Positions 48,997-63,426 of a stretch of 64,000 nt of DNA are shown one piece after another; the stretch's first letter is position 1, and each line of letters opens with the position of its first letter. The stretch comes from Setoptus koraiensis (taxonomy: Eukaryota; Animalia; Arthropoda), in contig CM106586.1 of the NCBI GenBank assembly GCA_048013815.1, forward strand, positions 4,712,001 to 4,776,000. The letters are read 5' to 3'. The notes beneath the pieces were generated by a model that saw only the letters and a program-made list of their open reading frames with translations, made no database searches and was not told the origin of the DNA. Position numbers and translations under genes: made by a program.

Positions 48997-51900
48997 AGTA
49001 GTGCGATTATTGTCTATTATCGCGCCTGTCAATCATACATGCTGGCGCATATGCGCATATCCGCCAGTGTGTCAAATGGTGACACGCTTTTTTTCGTGTG
49101 ACAGCGCGGCGCTAATTAACTCAAACCATGTACTCCAACTGTGTTGCTAACTATGTTGCGAGTTACCCGCAGCGCCGGCCCGAGCGCCCGATAACAATCA
49201 CAGTATTATTATATGACGGCAGCCTCACTGGCTCGCTCGCACCACCTGATGATAGTAATTAGCGACATGATCGATCATGTCGCTCGAAGCCGGCTCAACT
49301 GGGCTCCCAACGCCGGCTCAACGCTCGCTCGAAACCGGCTCAATTGGGGCCCCTATGCTCAAAAGTTCAAAGTTGGGCCCATTAGCAGAGTGTGTGTGTA
49401 TTCAATTATGGCGATGGCATATAAACGCATAGCGGCCTGGCGAGTGGATGCAAGCTGGACAAGCGCCCATAAAGCAAAGCTTATAAACAAGCGAGACAGA
49501 CAGATTTCAAATTAATGATGCCCTTCCGCACCATCATTACACGCAACATTTGCTACCTTGCTAAGCCCGCAACGGTTGCTCGATTTAGCTTGTGACGGTT
49601 GCACAATGAGAGGCGAGCGGCACAAATACAGTTAGCAATTGTGCCAATGGGGCCCCGATAATGATGTGCCCCATACCTGTGTGCGTATCCATAACTGCGT
49701 GCAGCGTCGTATGCGCAGTATATGTGCAGATATGCCGCAGTTTATGTATGTAAACGCTTGGCATTGTCGGCCAACGATTGGTCGGGAGCGGGCCAACGAT
49801 TGGTCGGGCCGCGGATTTAGTCCGGCGACGAGACGGCATCATTATCATCATTATTATTGGTCATTCATGCAGCCCAACGATCGTTGAACCGGTCGCGGGT
49901 GCGACCGGACAGTGGCCATTTTGTGCACTTTTCAGCTGGCTGCCCCCGCGTCATCAATAATGAAATTAACCTCATTCGCCCCGCACTGACAATTCAGACA
50001 ATCTCGCTTGTCGCTCCCTTGTCTCGCTCCCATCTGACGGGTTCTACAAGCTCGCAGTGAGACAAGTCCGTTGTGAGACAAGCCCGTTGTGAGACAAGCC
50101 CGTTGTGAGGCAAGCTCGTTGAGAGACAACTCACACTGTGACCACTGCGAGGTTACGAGGCGCCCATGACAGCGCACAGAGCGCATTTTGATTGACATGA
50201 TGCGCAATTTTATTTTGTGCGCGCCCAGCTCTGTTCCAGTGTGCCGCAAAATGTGCACCAATTGAACGGAAATGAATATTGAAAACACAATGAGTGCACA
50301 ATGAATTTCGAAAACGGGCCCCGGCACTAATGACGCCACTTGCACAGTGGCTGGTCATGTGCAAATTTGTTGCCAGTGCCAGTGCAGCGGCCGCAGTGCG
50401 CTGGCTGCAATCTGCTCAGATTAAATCGGCTCACAATGTTGTCAGATGGGCCCCTTTTCAAATAATGCGCGAATGTCTCATTGCGTCGAGCTGCTCATTG
50501 CGATCGACAGTCGATAAGAGGAGGAAATTCATCTTTGAGCCACTCATCGGGCGCGCAATCCCTCTGACTGGCTCGATTGTCTATGAATTGAGCGACTCGA
50601 GGAGCTGCGACTTGTCGAGTGCGCGCACCGGAAATGGATCTAGGATTTAGCTGCGCGCGTACGTGCCAAACTCAGATTGCAGTCAATGAGCGGCGCATCG
50701 GCACACTGGCTATGTCTTGACCTGATTTTCTTGCCACCCCACTCATCTGCATCTGACTGCTTGTTGGCACAGTGGCACAGATTGGACAACATTGGCGGTC
50801 AGGTGCGCTGTGGTGAGGCCATGATGATCACATCTTGTCAGCGCGCAATTTCATCGTTGTCATCATGAATGGCTGGCTCACTGTTGGCCGTGATTGATCT
50901 GGCTGCGCCGTTATATTGTTGTTATATTATTATGTATGCAGTTTGTTTTGCAGTTGTTGTTGTTTTGGGTTATTCTCTATTTTGCAACAACTTATGCAAA
51001 TCGGCATGAAACGAACGTTGCCAGCGTGAGGCCAGCCGGCGCAGGGTGAGTTGCCCGAGCATGCTGTTCACGACAATATGCGCAAAATGTATGCAAAAAT
51101 GCGCATCGAAATTTGCAAAATACATGCCAGAGTGCATCCAAAAACAAACCCAAAAATATGCCCAGAAATATATCCAAAAATAAACCCAAAAATATATCGA
51201 AAAACGTATGCAAAGATGCGCACAAAATCAAAATATATCAAAATATATCAAACAGAATATAATTGAAAATGTTAGCGCCGGCCGTCAGCGGTTTGGCGTC
51301 AATATCGCGGTTTGGCGTTGATTTTGACGGGCGCACCGCGATGCCGCCATTTTGTGTGTGTTGTCGGGCTTGTTGCGTAACAGTGCCACTGGCAACCAGC
51401 TGATAAGCGGCAGGGCTTGTTTTTTAGTAATTATGCCCTCGTAGCACTGCATGCACTGTGTGTGTCATCATGGGCAAAAGCTGGCAGAAACAACAAGGAA
51501 ATATCATTAGCGTCTTGCTAGCTGATCGGCGCCGGTCGCTATGTGCAGTTGGCGGTGTGCGGAGCTAGCGACTAGCGACTAGTTTGCTCACAAGTCAGGT
51601 CTGCGATGTGAGATCGTTTAGCGCACAGCGAGTTGCATTGTTGCAACACTGTCGACAAACGACGCATCGAGACGCTCCGACGTTTGTCTCGACACGATCA
51701 GCTGTTACGTCAGCATAATATACTAATATGATGCACTTGCCATTGCGTAACAGCGCGGCGCTGTATGTGCTGTATGGGCGAGTGTTATATTCAATTAGTT
51801 GGCTGTGTGCCGTCTGCAGATGATGCTCGTCGTCGTCAGCAGCAGCATCCGCGAATCGCGCTATATGCGCCGCTCACTGCTTGCTGCACGCTGCATATAG

Positions 51901-54561
51901 CTGCACCACATAGCACCATATCGCACCGCATAGCACCATATCGCACCGCATAGCACCATGTCGCAGCGCATAGCACAGCGAGTATAGCCAGTGAATATCG
52001 CCACTGATTATGTGCTATATTCAATGGGTGCTATATGGCTACGATGCTGGGCGGCTGCATGGCTGTGAGGCGAAAATGTCAAGACACACACGGCTTAGAT
52101 GGGCGCCTGCAGCCACAAAGATCATCATGCATTATTACCTTTGTGTGTTGTTTATATGCGCCCTCTCTCTATCAGCTAAAAGCGGCGGCTCGGGGGCATA
52201 GCGACATTCGCGCACTCATCCACATCCGAGCGCATTCACTTGATTGAACAAAAATCAAGAATTGCCTACTGCACAAGCCGCCAGCAGCCTCTAACTACTC
52301 GCTGGCTTCCAGTTAGCTGCTCGACAGTAGCTGCGGCTCGGCCAAATAAAGGCACCCAGTGAATATATTCATCATGCCATCTCGCCTATGCGCCCGCTAT
52401 CTGGGCCCTGCGCCCGGCCGAAAATTGTCTAAACTCGAGTTAGTTAGTCGGCGCTTTGTCTGCCCGTGTCGCCCGATCCGACCAAGATCAGATAAGCGCG
52501 CATCGCGCGGGCCCTAATTCCGAGTGAATGGCCTCTGCTCCGTTGGCCGCTGCCAATAGTTTGCGATAGCTCGCAACAGTTCGCGCACTGGCTCGCACGT
52601 CACACCGCCGCTCAGCTTGCCGGTCGCGGGCTCTCGCGGTCGCGGGCTCGCGAGATGTCGGGATGTCGGGCTAGCGAGCTGTCGGGCTGACAGGCTGCCG
52701 GGGTTGGGGTCGGGGTGTGGGGCGTGGGCGAGATTTCGGCGGTAGCGGCACTGCCATCGATATGGCGCCGGCAGCGGATTTGGCGGTCGGTGTGGGCGCT
52801 GTTGTCGCTGTTGCCGTTGGCCGGCCGGCCGGCTTGTGCGCTGTGGGCCAGTCGGCTGTGACGCAACGAGAGATAAATCAATGCTAGCACACAAATTAGC
52901 AGAAGCACAACAAACAAAGTGCACACATTGGGAGATTAGTTTCAATCTCAGTGTTGTTCGCGGCGCTCGCCATTGCGCTTGTGCGCAAACCCGCGATCCC
53001 GTGACGAGAGCCCGCGCGACACCGTGCTCTCGACAACTGGTGAGAGAGTCAATATATATAATTGGACAGCAACAGCAGCAACAGCAACAACAACAACAAC
53101 AACAACAGCAACAGCAGCAACGACAACAACAACGGACGCAAAAGTAGAACTGTCATGAATAAAAACAGCCAACACAAACAATTGATTTACTGCGCAAACT
53201 TAACTAGCATCGATCTATTGAGTTGCGTAACCGTGCCAAAGTGTCGCCTTTGTTTGTCTTGTTCTCTCTCGCTCTCTGTCTATCAGTTGGCTCGTTCTCA
53301 CTTCCGGTTGGCACAACACACACGCACGCTGCACAATGTTGCAGCCGGTCAGAGCTTTGTTTGTGACAAAGTGAGTGTGGCACTTGTCGTGATTTACGGT
53401 TTGTTGTTGTGCTCTGGTGCGAGCTGCGCCCAATTGCAGCGCGAGCCAGTGCGGCCGACTCAAGTGGCTCAAGATAAAGTTAAAATTGAAATTAAACCGA
53501 GCTACCGCAAACGAACGACAGGGCTCGCTGCCGGGCTTCGCTGTGCGGCTGGCCCGCTGCCGGTCGCCGCCAGCAAAAGTTTAAAACAATGTTCATTTGC
53601 ACAGATATTAAAAGTTGCCACTCACTGCTTCACAAGCACTGACAGTAGCAACGGCAGCGCCAGCCACTAAATCGCCTCACACTGCCTCTAGCGGCCAGCG
53701 AAAGTGTCAGAATAAGTTTCATTCTGCGAGCATAATCTTTTCGTTGTTTGTGTTTGCTTCACGGCCGCTTGACAGCTGATGCCTGATGCTGGCTGATTGT
53801 CGTTTGTGGTTGCTGTTTGCGGTTGTTGTCTGTTGTTGTCGGTGGTTGTGGGTTGTGGGTTGTTGGTTGTTGGTGGTGGATGGCGGTGGTTGGCTGGTGG
53901 CGCTGCGGGTCGGCTGTCGGGCGAAATAATTTAAAATAATATGACTGAATAAAATGCGAACAATAAAATGGAATGGAAAAGAGAGAATGAGAGCAAGAGA
54001 GATTGCAGCGAGAAACCACTATTATGTTAAGTAGTGACTAGGTCGCAAACGTCACTATAGACTCATCTCACGTCGTCGTGGTCGTCGTTGTCGTTGTTGT
54101 TTTCTGAGCGCCCGCTCGCTTGCCAGCGCTTCCTCTGTGATGGTAAACAACAACAACAACAACAGCAAACAGCGACACGTTATGTGTTTATGTGTTTGCG
54201 GTTTGCTCTGATGGGCGCCCCTCGCTCGCCGGGCCCCACTAACTTGAGCGCTTGGCGCTTGCTATTTCTTTAGCTGCACAATTCTTTCGCTTGCAGCGGC
54301 CGGCTAGCAAGACGCCGCATAACGGCATCCATGTGACAATCCGCGAATGGGCCCCACAGGAGCGCAGTCAGGGATCTGGGTGCGATGGGGCCGCCGAACA
54401 CAATGGGCCCACTCGCTCCTTCTTCGTCTCGGACAATGCGCTTTGGCGACACGATGGCAGCGCAAAATGGTAAAAAAGCCGCAACATAAGCCAGTGGACG
54501 TCACAGGCCAAATCTCATAGTTGGTCACGCTTTGTGATTGCATAATCTTTGTTGTTGTCGG

Positions 54562-54585
54562 CCTTGTTGTTGCTGTTGTTGCTGT

Positions 54586-54665
<80 letters not shown>

Positions 54666-54670
54666 TTGCG
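54562..54670. repeat. (GTTGCT)n hexanucleotide microsatellite
   Basis: Directly visible. Confidence 0.95.
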
Positions 54671-57600
54671 GTTGGCTCTCGGGGTTCGGGGCTCGGCTCA
54701 ATTTCGCTGGCTCCAGAGTGAGCGGGCGCCAAGATTCGCGAGCCACCAACAGCGACCTGCGCAATCTGATCACCGACAGTCAAGTCGCCGGTCACCACAA
54801 GTCAATCGCATCGGGGCCCACAATGCCAGTTTGCAATCAAGTTGCCGGCCGAGTCCGGGGCCGACATTTTGATTTAAGAGGGCTCAACTCGGGCCTCAAA
54901 ATGTGTCCAATGTCCACTCTGTCTCGTGTCTGCCACGTATTCGCTTGCAACTGGCGTTATTTGTAGGTACGTGCCCGTTGGCTGTACGTGCTCCTTGACC
55001 AATACACACACACACACACACACACTATCTATTGAGACGAGTGCGACTAATGAGACCGGCGAGACAGTTGGGATCGGCGGCTAGGTCGCCGGCGCCAAGC
55101 AGCCAATGAGTCGGCCAATGAGCGCAGTAGTGGTTGCATTATCAGCCAGATGAAACCACTACCGAGCGAAACAGTGTATCATTGTTTGTCGACACTTGGC
55201 GCCCCCTAGCGCAAACGCTAACAAGTGATCATACAACAATGGGGCGACACACCAAGTTTGTGCGGCCAGTGCGGTGTCCATTGTTTTGTTTGTCTAATGG
55301 GCACACACACACACACATATATATTCTGGGGCTCCGTACACATCCGTACATATATATACGGATATATATGAGGGGGCCCGGTTGGCCGTAAAGAAGCGCA
55401 AAGTGCAAACAAACAACAATCAGTGCATTGTGACAACGGACAAATCGGCACACAAATGGATTGTGCCTAAACGACGGCGCATCGACGCAATCTGCTCACC
55501 ATCGTATGGCTCACTGGCCGGCTAGTTACATTACGTAACTGCGTAACTGTCGCATGAAAACCGCTGCTGCTGCCGCTACGTAATGTTGCTGCCGTTACGT
55601 AATGTAGCTGCAGTTGAGGCTGGCTGGCTGGCTGGCAAATAAGGAAAGTAATGAAAGAGCCAGTATCAAACAAACACAACAATTGTTAGACTGTGACAGT
55701 TGTAGGGAAAAAATTGTTTGTGTGTCCACTAACGGTATCACAGTTGATGGTGCTTGACCAGAAGTGCTCGGGGCCAAGTCATTTAACTTGAGAGCGAGAC
55801 TCAATTTTATGTTTGGTCGTTGTCTGTCGCTGATGCTGATGCTGCTGCTGATGCTGTTGCTGTTGTTGACTCAGGCCCCAAAAGTATGAATTAGCAGAGT
55901 GGGCAAACTAATTGCTACACTTGATGTCACTTATAAATATCGGGCGATATTCATTCGTGAACTTGCGCTCGCCAGCCGGCCCAGCAAACAATAAGCGCGG
56001 ATATATATGTATAAAATTGTGTTATAAAATTAATATATTATTGCATTACATTATAATATTATTATGGCCAGCTTGAGACAATATTCATGAGTGCATGCGG
56101 CGGCGGCGGCGGCGGCGGCGGCAATATAATCACGGCGGACACAAATCATTATTCATGAATGAGTTGCAGCCGACACTCATTAGTATTGCTCGATTAGCGT
56201 GGCCAATATGTGAATATGCCGACAGTGTATGGGCACAATTAATGGGCAAACATTCATACAAACACTCTTGAGAAAAAACGCTTTGTTGGCTGGCTGATAA
56301 TTGACTTGCTGCTTGCAAAGTTGCAAAGATTCTCGTGCTCGTTGTCTCATTATTATTCAAACGCAAACAACGACAACAACGACAACAACGACAACAACGA
56401 CAACAGCGACAACAGATTACGTTGGAATAACAAGGAAACAGATTGAGTCGCGCGACTTGACGATTACACCGATAATTGCGCAATCGCATTAACTGGCGCT
56501 GGCCGGTGGTTGCGACTCGCGACCGTTTTAACGGCGCAGTCATCATCATATATTATTATTATACAATAATATTCACAAACATAAGCACGAAACCGAGCAA
56601 CGATGAACGCTGAGTGAATTGAGCGTATTTAGAAACAAATTCACAAACAATATGTTGAATACTCATACTCGCTCGTATGCGGTCATATGTGTCCATTAAC
56701 TGCGTTGGCCCGAAACTCTCGGCCCGAAAGAGACAATTTGCGTTTGACACTGCGCCTCTATTAGTGTCCGTCTAGCCGACCAACAGCTCGCAGTTTCGCT
56801 GCGGGCTCAGCTCTCTGCTGGCTGACCGGCCGGCTGGCTGGCTGACCGGCCGACTGGCTGGCTGGCGAGGCCCCACAAGCTGGCGGGGGGCCCCACAGGC
56901 TGTGCGGGCCACGGCAAACAATTTGGGCCCTGCACTGACAACTAATTGTGAGTGGTAGGTGAGTGGCGAGTTATAAGTTGAGCCGGCCGCCGAATTGAAG
57001 TGATAATTGAAGTGGGCCCGCCCGGCGCAAGAAAGCAGCAACGAAGAAGAAAAGAATGGGAGAGGAGAGCGGCCAAGGGAGAAAAGAGATAACAACTTGT
57101 TATTTATACTAGCTTCACCTACATTTGGGCCCAGTTTGAGCCCGCGACCATGCTCTGGCTGCGGCCGCGGCCCGAACCGGGGGCCCGCCATTGAGCAAAA
57201 TCCCGATCTTAAATCTCGGCCCGGCGCAACACAAACACTGGCCGGCCCTCTAATGACACTCATCTCTCATAACGGCCCCCTTTCTTCTTTGCTTGCTCCA
57301 CATTTCGCTCGACACACGAGCTATCTGTGCGGCCATTGCCCAGTGGCGCTAATAGTGCTGCCCGTGTCTGTCGCTGTCTGGCCCTCTGGCTGGCTGTTGG
57401 GCTGGCCATTGGGCTGGCCGTTGGGCTGGCCGTTGGGGCCCCAACGGCCAGCCAGAGCCTGGCTGGAGTGACCAATTTGTAGCTGTTGTTGTGCGCTGCA
57501 CAGTGGCAACTGTAATGGCAACTGTGGCTTTAATCGTATCTAGCCGGCAATTGTAACTGTAACTGCAACTGTGTGTGTGTGTCTCTCTGGCGGCCATTCC

Positions 57601-57712
57601 CTGAATGACGGTGCAACTGTAACTGCCTTTGGCGACCCTAACCAAAGCGCCCTCTCGTCCAATTGTTATATCATGGCAAATTTTTGTTCTTACAGTCGCA
57701 GTAAGCACAGTT

Positions 57713-57743
<31 letters not shown>

Positions 57744-58297
57744 CCGCTACAAACAGCGGCTATTGTTACGTCATCTGCACGTCACTTCTCCGGCTTGTTT
57801 AAGCCGGCCACTAATGTTTTGCCTGATGAGCCTTGCACACACAAACACACAATAGGCGCGCCACCTAGCCGACATTGTGAGATAAGTTGGTTCGAGTTGA
57901 ACGAATCTCACTGGCTGTAATTGAGCGATCTATAAGCAAAAAAAGCTTACAACTCGCAAAACGAGCTTAACACTAACGAGGCGCCACTAAACTAATAATC
58001 AATATTGATATGACATTCAATTTGCCATCAGCTGCCGTTACGTAAGACAACGCTGACTGCGAATTATAATTGAGCTCGTGATCGGCCTCATCAATGAGCT
58101 GCGCAGACATGACAGTGGCGCTGGCCAATTAAAGGGCTATTTGTTCGGCCGCTCGAGTCCAGTTGAGATTGTTTTTCTCTCAAATTTTCTATACTGGTAT
58201 CCATGTATGAATCGCGATAAATCGAGATAAATCGACTCGCTCGTCTTGTCGTGTCGCTCGCTCATACGCGCTCACGGGCCCATATCCGAGGGCTCGC

Positions 58298-58461
58298 ATG
58301 ACACAGCTAATGGGCTCATATCATGATCCGCGTAGGGGCATAGAGGCGCCACCTGTAAAATCGCCCGAAATGAGTGGCCAAAAAACTGACCACAGCCACG
58401 ATTATAGCGATTCTCGGAAGGGGCCTCAGATTGCGCCAACTGTGCTGGTGGCACCACCAAA
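58298..58461 (+). CDS. Candidate coding exon MTQLMGSYHDPRRGIEAPPVKSPEMSGQKTDHSHDYSDSRKGPQIAPTVLVAPP (ends phase 2)
   Basis: Non-repetitive open frame ending at a perfect GTGAGT donor (58462); possible CAG acceptor at 58305-58306. No homology recognised. Confidence 0.3.
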
Positions 58462-58589
58462 GTGAGTCCATAGTCGCCAGGTCCAGTGCGGCCAACAGAG
58501 CCAATAATAAAGCGCAGATTAGGCAAGATTATGAGGCACGTAACCGTTAGAGCGCCCGTTATTGAGACACAATGATGATTGCGGTTGGC

Positions 58590-58623
<34 letters not shown>

Positions 58624-58823
58624 GCGATAAACGCAAGCATGACACGACAACCACAACCGCGCACATCTGACACAGCACACTGGTCATGTGACTCGGGCTC
58701 GAGCTCGCTCGCATCCAGTGACAAGACAGCCAGCGCGGGCGAGGTGAACAAACAAACCGCCACCAATTGATAGATCTCATCATGGTGTGCATTTGGTATC
58801 GCGCGGCCTCAGTCGGCCTCGTC

Positions 58824-58890
58824 AGCCCCATTGGCCTCATTGGCCCCATTGGCCCCATTGGCCCCAATGGCCCCAATGGCCTCAATGGCC
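58824..58890. repeat. 9-bp tandem repeat (tggccccat/tggccccaa)
   Basis: Directly visible. Confidence 0.85.
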
Positions 58891-61800
58891 GCCCACTGGC
58901 CAACGGTGCAAGCGGCCAATGCCCGCTGGCAGCAATCTATCTGCGTCGGCCATCTATCATTGGCCGGCCCATAGGAGCGTGAATATTAATGAGATACAGC
59001 TACTTGGGCGCCCACACAATGTTGCAATAAACAGTTACACTCGGCTAGTCGACTCGGCCGAGATATCATCAGCAAGATTGTGAGCGGCAGCGTTTGTTCC
59101 CGACATGCCCATGTCCCGCCGTCGCCTTGCCCGTCGCCCGTTGCTCGCCGCTCGTCGCCCGTTGCCCGCTGCAACTCGTCTTGCCCGTCATCTCCTACGG
59201 CTATTTCTGTGCAACTTCAGCAAGCCCACTGGGCCCGAAAAGCCCCACGAACCCAGCAAACCGACGGGCCCAACAGGCCCGACGTGCTCGCTATGCAGAT
59301 TGTTCGCAGTGGGCCGGCCGCATGTATGACGGGCCCCAAAACAGCGCCCACAGCAGCGCCCCTATGACAAGTCGAGCGAGCCAGTGGGCGCCAATATCAT
59401 TAGTAGCGAGTGCATGAGCGACAACAAAAAAGACGACAGACAAGATTATGATAGCGGCCGGTTAGTGGCACGATATTTAGCTCAATTTAGGAGGGGGGAG
59501 AGGCCCGTGTGCGTAATATTATTCAAACACAATAAATTAATAAGGCTTCAATCAGTCTAGTGGTGGGCCTAGCGGTCGAAGTTGCAACAACAATTGGACA
59601 GTGCTGACTAGCGCACACCGTTAACGGTTGGCGTGCGCTGTTGAGCGCGCTCCCAATTGGACGGTCGCCTCTCTTTATTTATCCGGCCTCTGGCTGGGCT
59701 TGCCCTGTTATCATTACGTGGGCCTAAACAATAGAAATCACTTAGTTGCTGGATACAATTGTCGCTCATACACAAATTGTGCGACACACAGCCGCACTAT
59801 CTATTATCCGAATGGCCGTGGATGATTGCGCACTCTGGACGCGGACAGCGGTGAATAGTTGTGAATAGTCCTGGCTAGTCGCGAATAGTCGCGAATAGTC
59901 GCGAACGGATCGCGCCAGCAAATATACACAAAGTATACACATGTCCGGTTATTCATGAACGCACCACCAACAACAAACAGTGGCAAGCTTATCCCGAAGT
60001 GGGCCCACTGATCTCGCCAGACACAAACAAGCCCTCAGCGGTTAGCGGCTGGCCGGATAACTGTCGAGGTATGTAGATATGTGTTTGTCTAGTTGGTGGC
60101 CGCTAGTTTAGCCGCAAGACACGTCAAGTCAGGTGGGTCGCCTAACCGTATTTTGGGCCCGCTTGCAATTGGGGCCAGCAGTTATAAATAGTTTTTGCCA
60201 AGTGACATTTGCATGACAGGCCCGCAGCGAGCTGTAGATGGCAGCAGCAGCAGCAGCAGCTTCATTAGTGCCTATTGTCTCCATCCAACAAATTGAAAGC
60301 CATCGACACACGACCAATAACCGGGGTCCGTCGCTGCGGGGCTAACAAACCATTCAATAATAACCACACCGGGCCAGCTCGACAGTGGAATCGTCTGGCC
60401 GGCTGGCTCGCCAGATCTAGCGCGATCAATGTGTGTCACAAATTGTCAGTGGTGGCAAAAAGGTTTCAGAAAACAACAGAAACGTTCATCTATGTCGTGC
60501 CGTATAAATGCTGGATAAATTTCGAAAAATTCTAGCATCAGACTGGACGCAAACGCAATGACAATGACGACCAACTTTACCTTCACTCATCAGTGGAGTC
60601 AGTCGACAAGCCAGACTTGAGACCTGACAGAGGCGTCTCATTGAAAAATGTGCGCAACTCACGGGGTTTCAGTGAGCTCAAGCTAAGATAAATGCACAAT
60701 TTCTTGCCATTGTCAGGCTTCTTTGTCCTTTACTATGTGCACTCGATTTAGTGCCACAAATGGACGACACAGTTGGCGACTTTGAAACTGAACGAACGCA
60801 GCTAAAGCGACACACCAAAAGTCAGCGGCTGACATGAAGAGGCCAGCTTAATTAGCATGTTAACGGTAATTGTTTTGACCTTGCGGCGACACACGGACAC
60901 TAGCAAATGTCAACCAATGTCAGCCAAATCAGCACACCAAGGCGCCTGCAACTGATTAACTGGCTGCACATCAACTAGTAGACACACAATATAAATATCC
61001 CGTCACGACAACAACAACGACAACAACCAGCCTAACGAGAGATTGTAATTGTAAATTGGAGTCATTTCGTGTTCATCCAGTTGGCTGTGCAGTAAATCTC
61101 AATTGCCCATCGGCTATCGGTCTAATGAGCTCTAATTAGCCGTAGTATACATAGGCCCAGTATGCATAGGCTGGGTAGACGTTTCAGTGGGCCCTCGCAA
61201 AGTCAACGACACACACAGAATCGCTAAACAAATATTTTTCAATTATTGCTCATTAGCATTGAGTGCAAATTTGCGCGATTTGCGATTTGTTGTAGCGTCA
61301 CAAACTTGAACGAACAACAAGACAACGGGCAACAACTGTGCCGACTTGTGTCAATCTGATCTGTGTGGGCCGCACAGATCAAATTGCAACAACATTAACA
61401 CGAAATGACTGCCAACTACCAGCGCCAACTGCCAACTAAACGCGAAAGAGCGAGCAACATTTTTTGAATGGTGCCCACCGTTGCTAATAGTGGGCCTATT
61501 AGCACCTAAGTAGGTTTTCTTGTTGGTGACTCGCTAATAGTGAGTAACTAATAGTCAGACCAATGGCGCAATAAAGATTTTGCCAGCAGTTACATAACAA
61601 CGGACGCGGGATAATAACGTGCGATTATCAAGCAGAGACACAATGGCATTAGATGGCCGAGAGAGTTTGATTCAATCTGATTGTTTGACGGATAAACAAC
61701 CGGTCAAGTGATTGTGATCGCTCGTTTAACTTTGTCTCATTGTCCACCGGACATGTGCGCCGCCAATCGGATCGAGAGAGCGACACTTCCGTTTTGGGCG

Positions 61801-62290
61801 CTCCCCCTATATATGGGGCGCCGTCGATGGGCGACCATTGAGTGGAAAGTGTGTATTTTGGCGCAACGATCGCCATTGAATCGGTTGGCGGGCCCAGACT
61901 CAGTGCTAATCGATATGACTTGAAGCTGGTCGGCGCGAGTGCGCGCGATCCCGGCCATGGGACGGGACGGGACGCGATGCGATGCGCTGCCCATCACAAT
62001 GGATCCAACCGGATAAACCAATGAATCAAATGCAATTAAATTTTGCAGTTGCGCAACTGCAACTGGAGAACAACAAATCAAATCAGCGCTCGGTTGGCAT
62101 CATTTCGTGGGGCCCCATTTGATTTTACTTTATTTTATTCCATTTCGTTTTAGTGCGGCCCACTCAGTGATAGGTGCCAAACGGTGCAGCTCTGTCGAAA
62201 TTGAAAGCGGGCCCCGCCAACGCCGGCACTTCCGTTTGCACATTAGCAGATTCCTGTCGGCACGAGAACCCAGTTGGCCCCGTCAGCTCT

Positions 62291-62400
62291 TAGTTCTGGC
62301 TAGTTCGGGTTAGTTCTGGCTAGTTCGGGCTAGTTCTGGCTAGTTCGGGCTAGTTCTGGCTAGTTCGGGCTAGTTCTGGCTAGTTCGGGCTAGTTCGGGC
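62291..62400. repeat. 10-bp units TAGTTCTGGC/TAGTTCGGGC alternating as a 20-bp higher-order repeat
   Basis: Eleven units directly visible. Confidence 0.92.
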
Positions 62401-63210
62401 TGGCTCGGGCTGGTCGCAACGGCTCCTACGGCGAGCTAGCCATGCGAAAGCGGGTTAACGTACCTCTTAGAGGTTGCACTTTGAGAACATAAAGCGGCAA
62501 TAACGGCAACAGCAACAAAAAGAGCCCACTGGCGGCAATGTATCGCAGCGCTAGGCCAGCCATAAATACTTGGCCAGGCCCACAAACACAGGCATACATG
62601 GGCTCCACTTTGGGGCCCCCGTGCGGCGGATATGACCAACAGGCCCCCGGATAGATATACGTGACGTAACTGGGCTATTCATTGAGATCACATATATATA
62701 TATATGACATTTGTTCGTTAATATTTCTTGGCTCCGTCTGACTGCTGACATTTGCTGCTCGTCGTGCTTTTTTTCTTACATTTTTCAGCACTGCCAGCCC
62801 GTTCGTTAGACTGCTCGCTAGCACGATGACGTGCTCTATGAATGATGATGATTATTTTAATGGTCTATTATATCTCTGTGTGTGCCCAACATATCCAGCC
62901 TGGCTACAGTGGGCCCCATCTAGATTCTTTTTCGTGCGTCACAACGCTCGCATATACATAACGGCTACACATAAAGGCGCATACGAGGGGATATATATAT
63001 AAATATATTCTAGATAAATACATTCTCTGGCTGGCACATAAATACGTGCCAGGAGTATCTTTATTGAAAAGACACACAGCTGACGGATTGAAATGAACTG
63101 GTTGCGTTGGTTGCGTGGTGCGCGCTCGAAAAGTTAGTGTCTTCTTGTTTGCGAGCATTATCAATAATAGTACCAGTGGCAGCAATAATAAAAATGCCAG
63201 TTTGCATTGA

Positions 63211-63426
<216 letters not shown>

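Noticed and set aside
51906-51975. TAGCACCAT (miR-29/285 seed-like); also TATCACAG (miR-2-like) at several sites
   Set aside because: The first is part of a 20-bp tandem repeat and the others match only the seed; no mature-length match or hairpin was seen.
57880-57915. GGTTCGAG tRNA T-loop-like motif
   Set aside because: No acceptor, D or anticodon stems can be folded around it.
32836-62400. Tandem arrays as CRISPR candidates
   Set aside because: There are no unique spacers, units are too short, no cas genes are present, and the context is eukaryotic.
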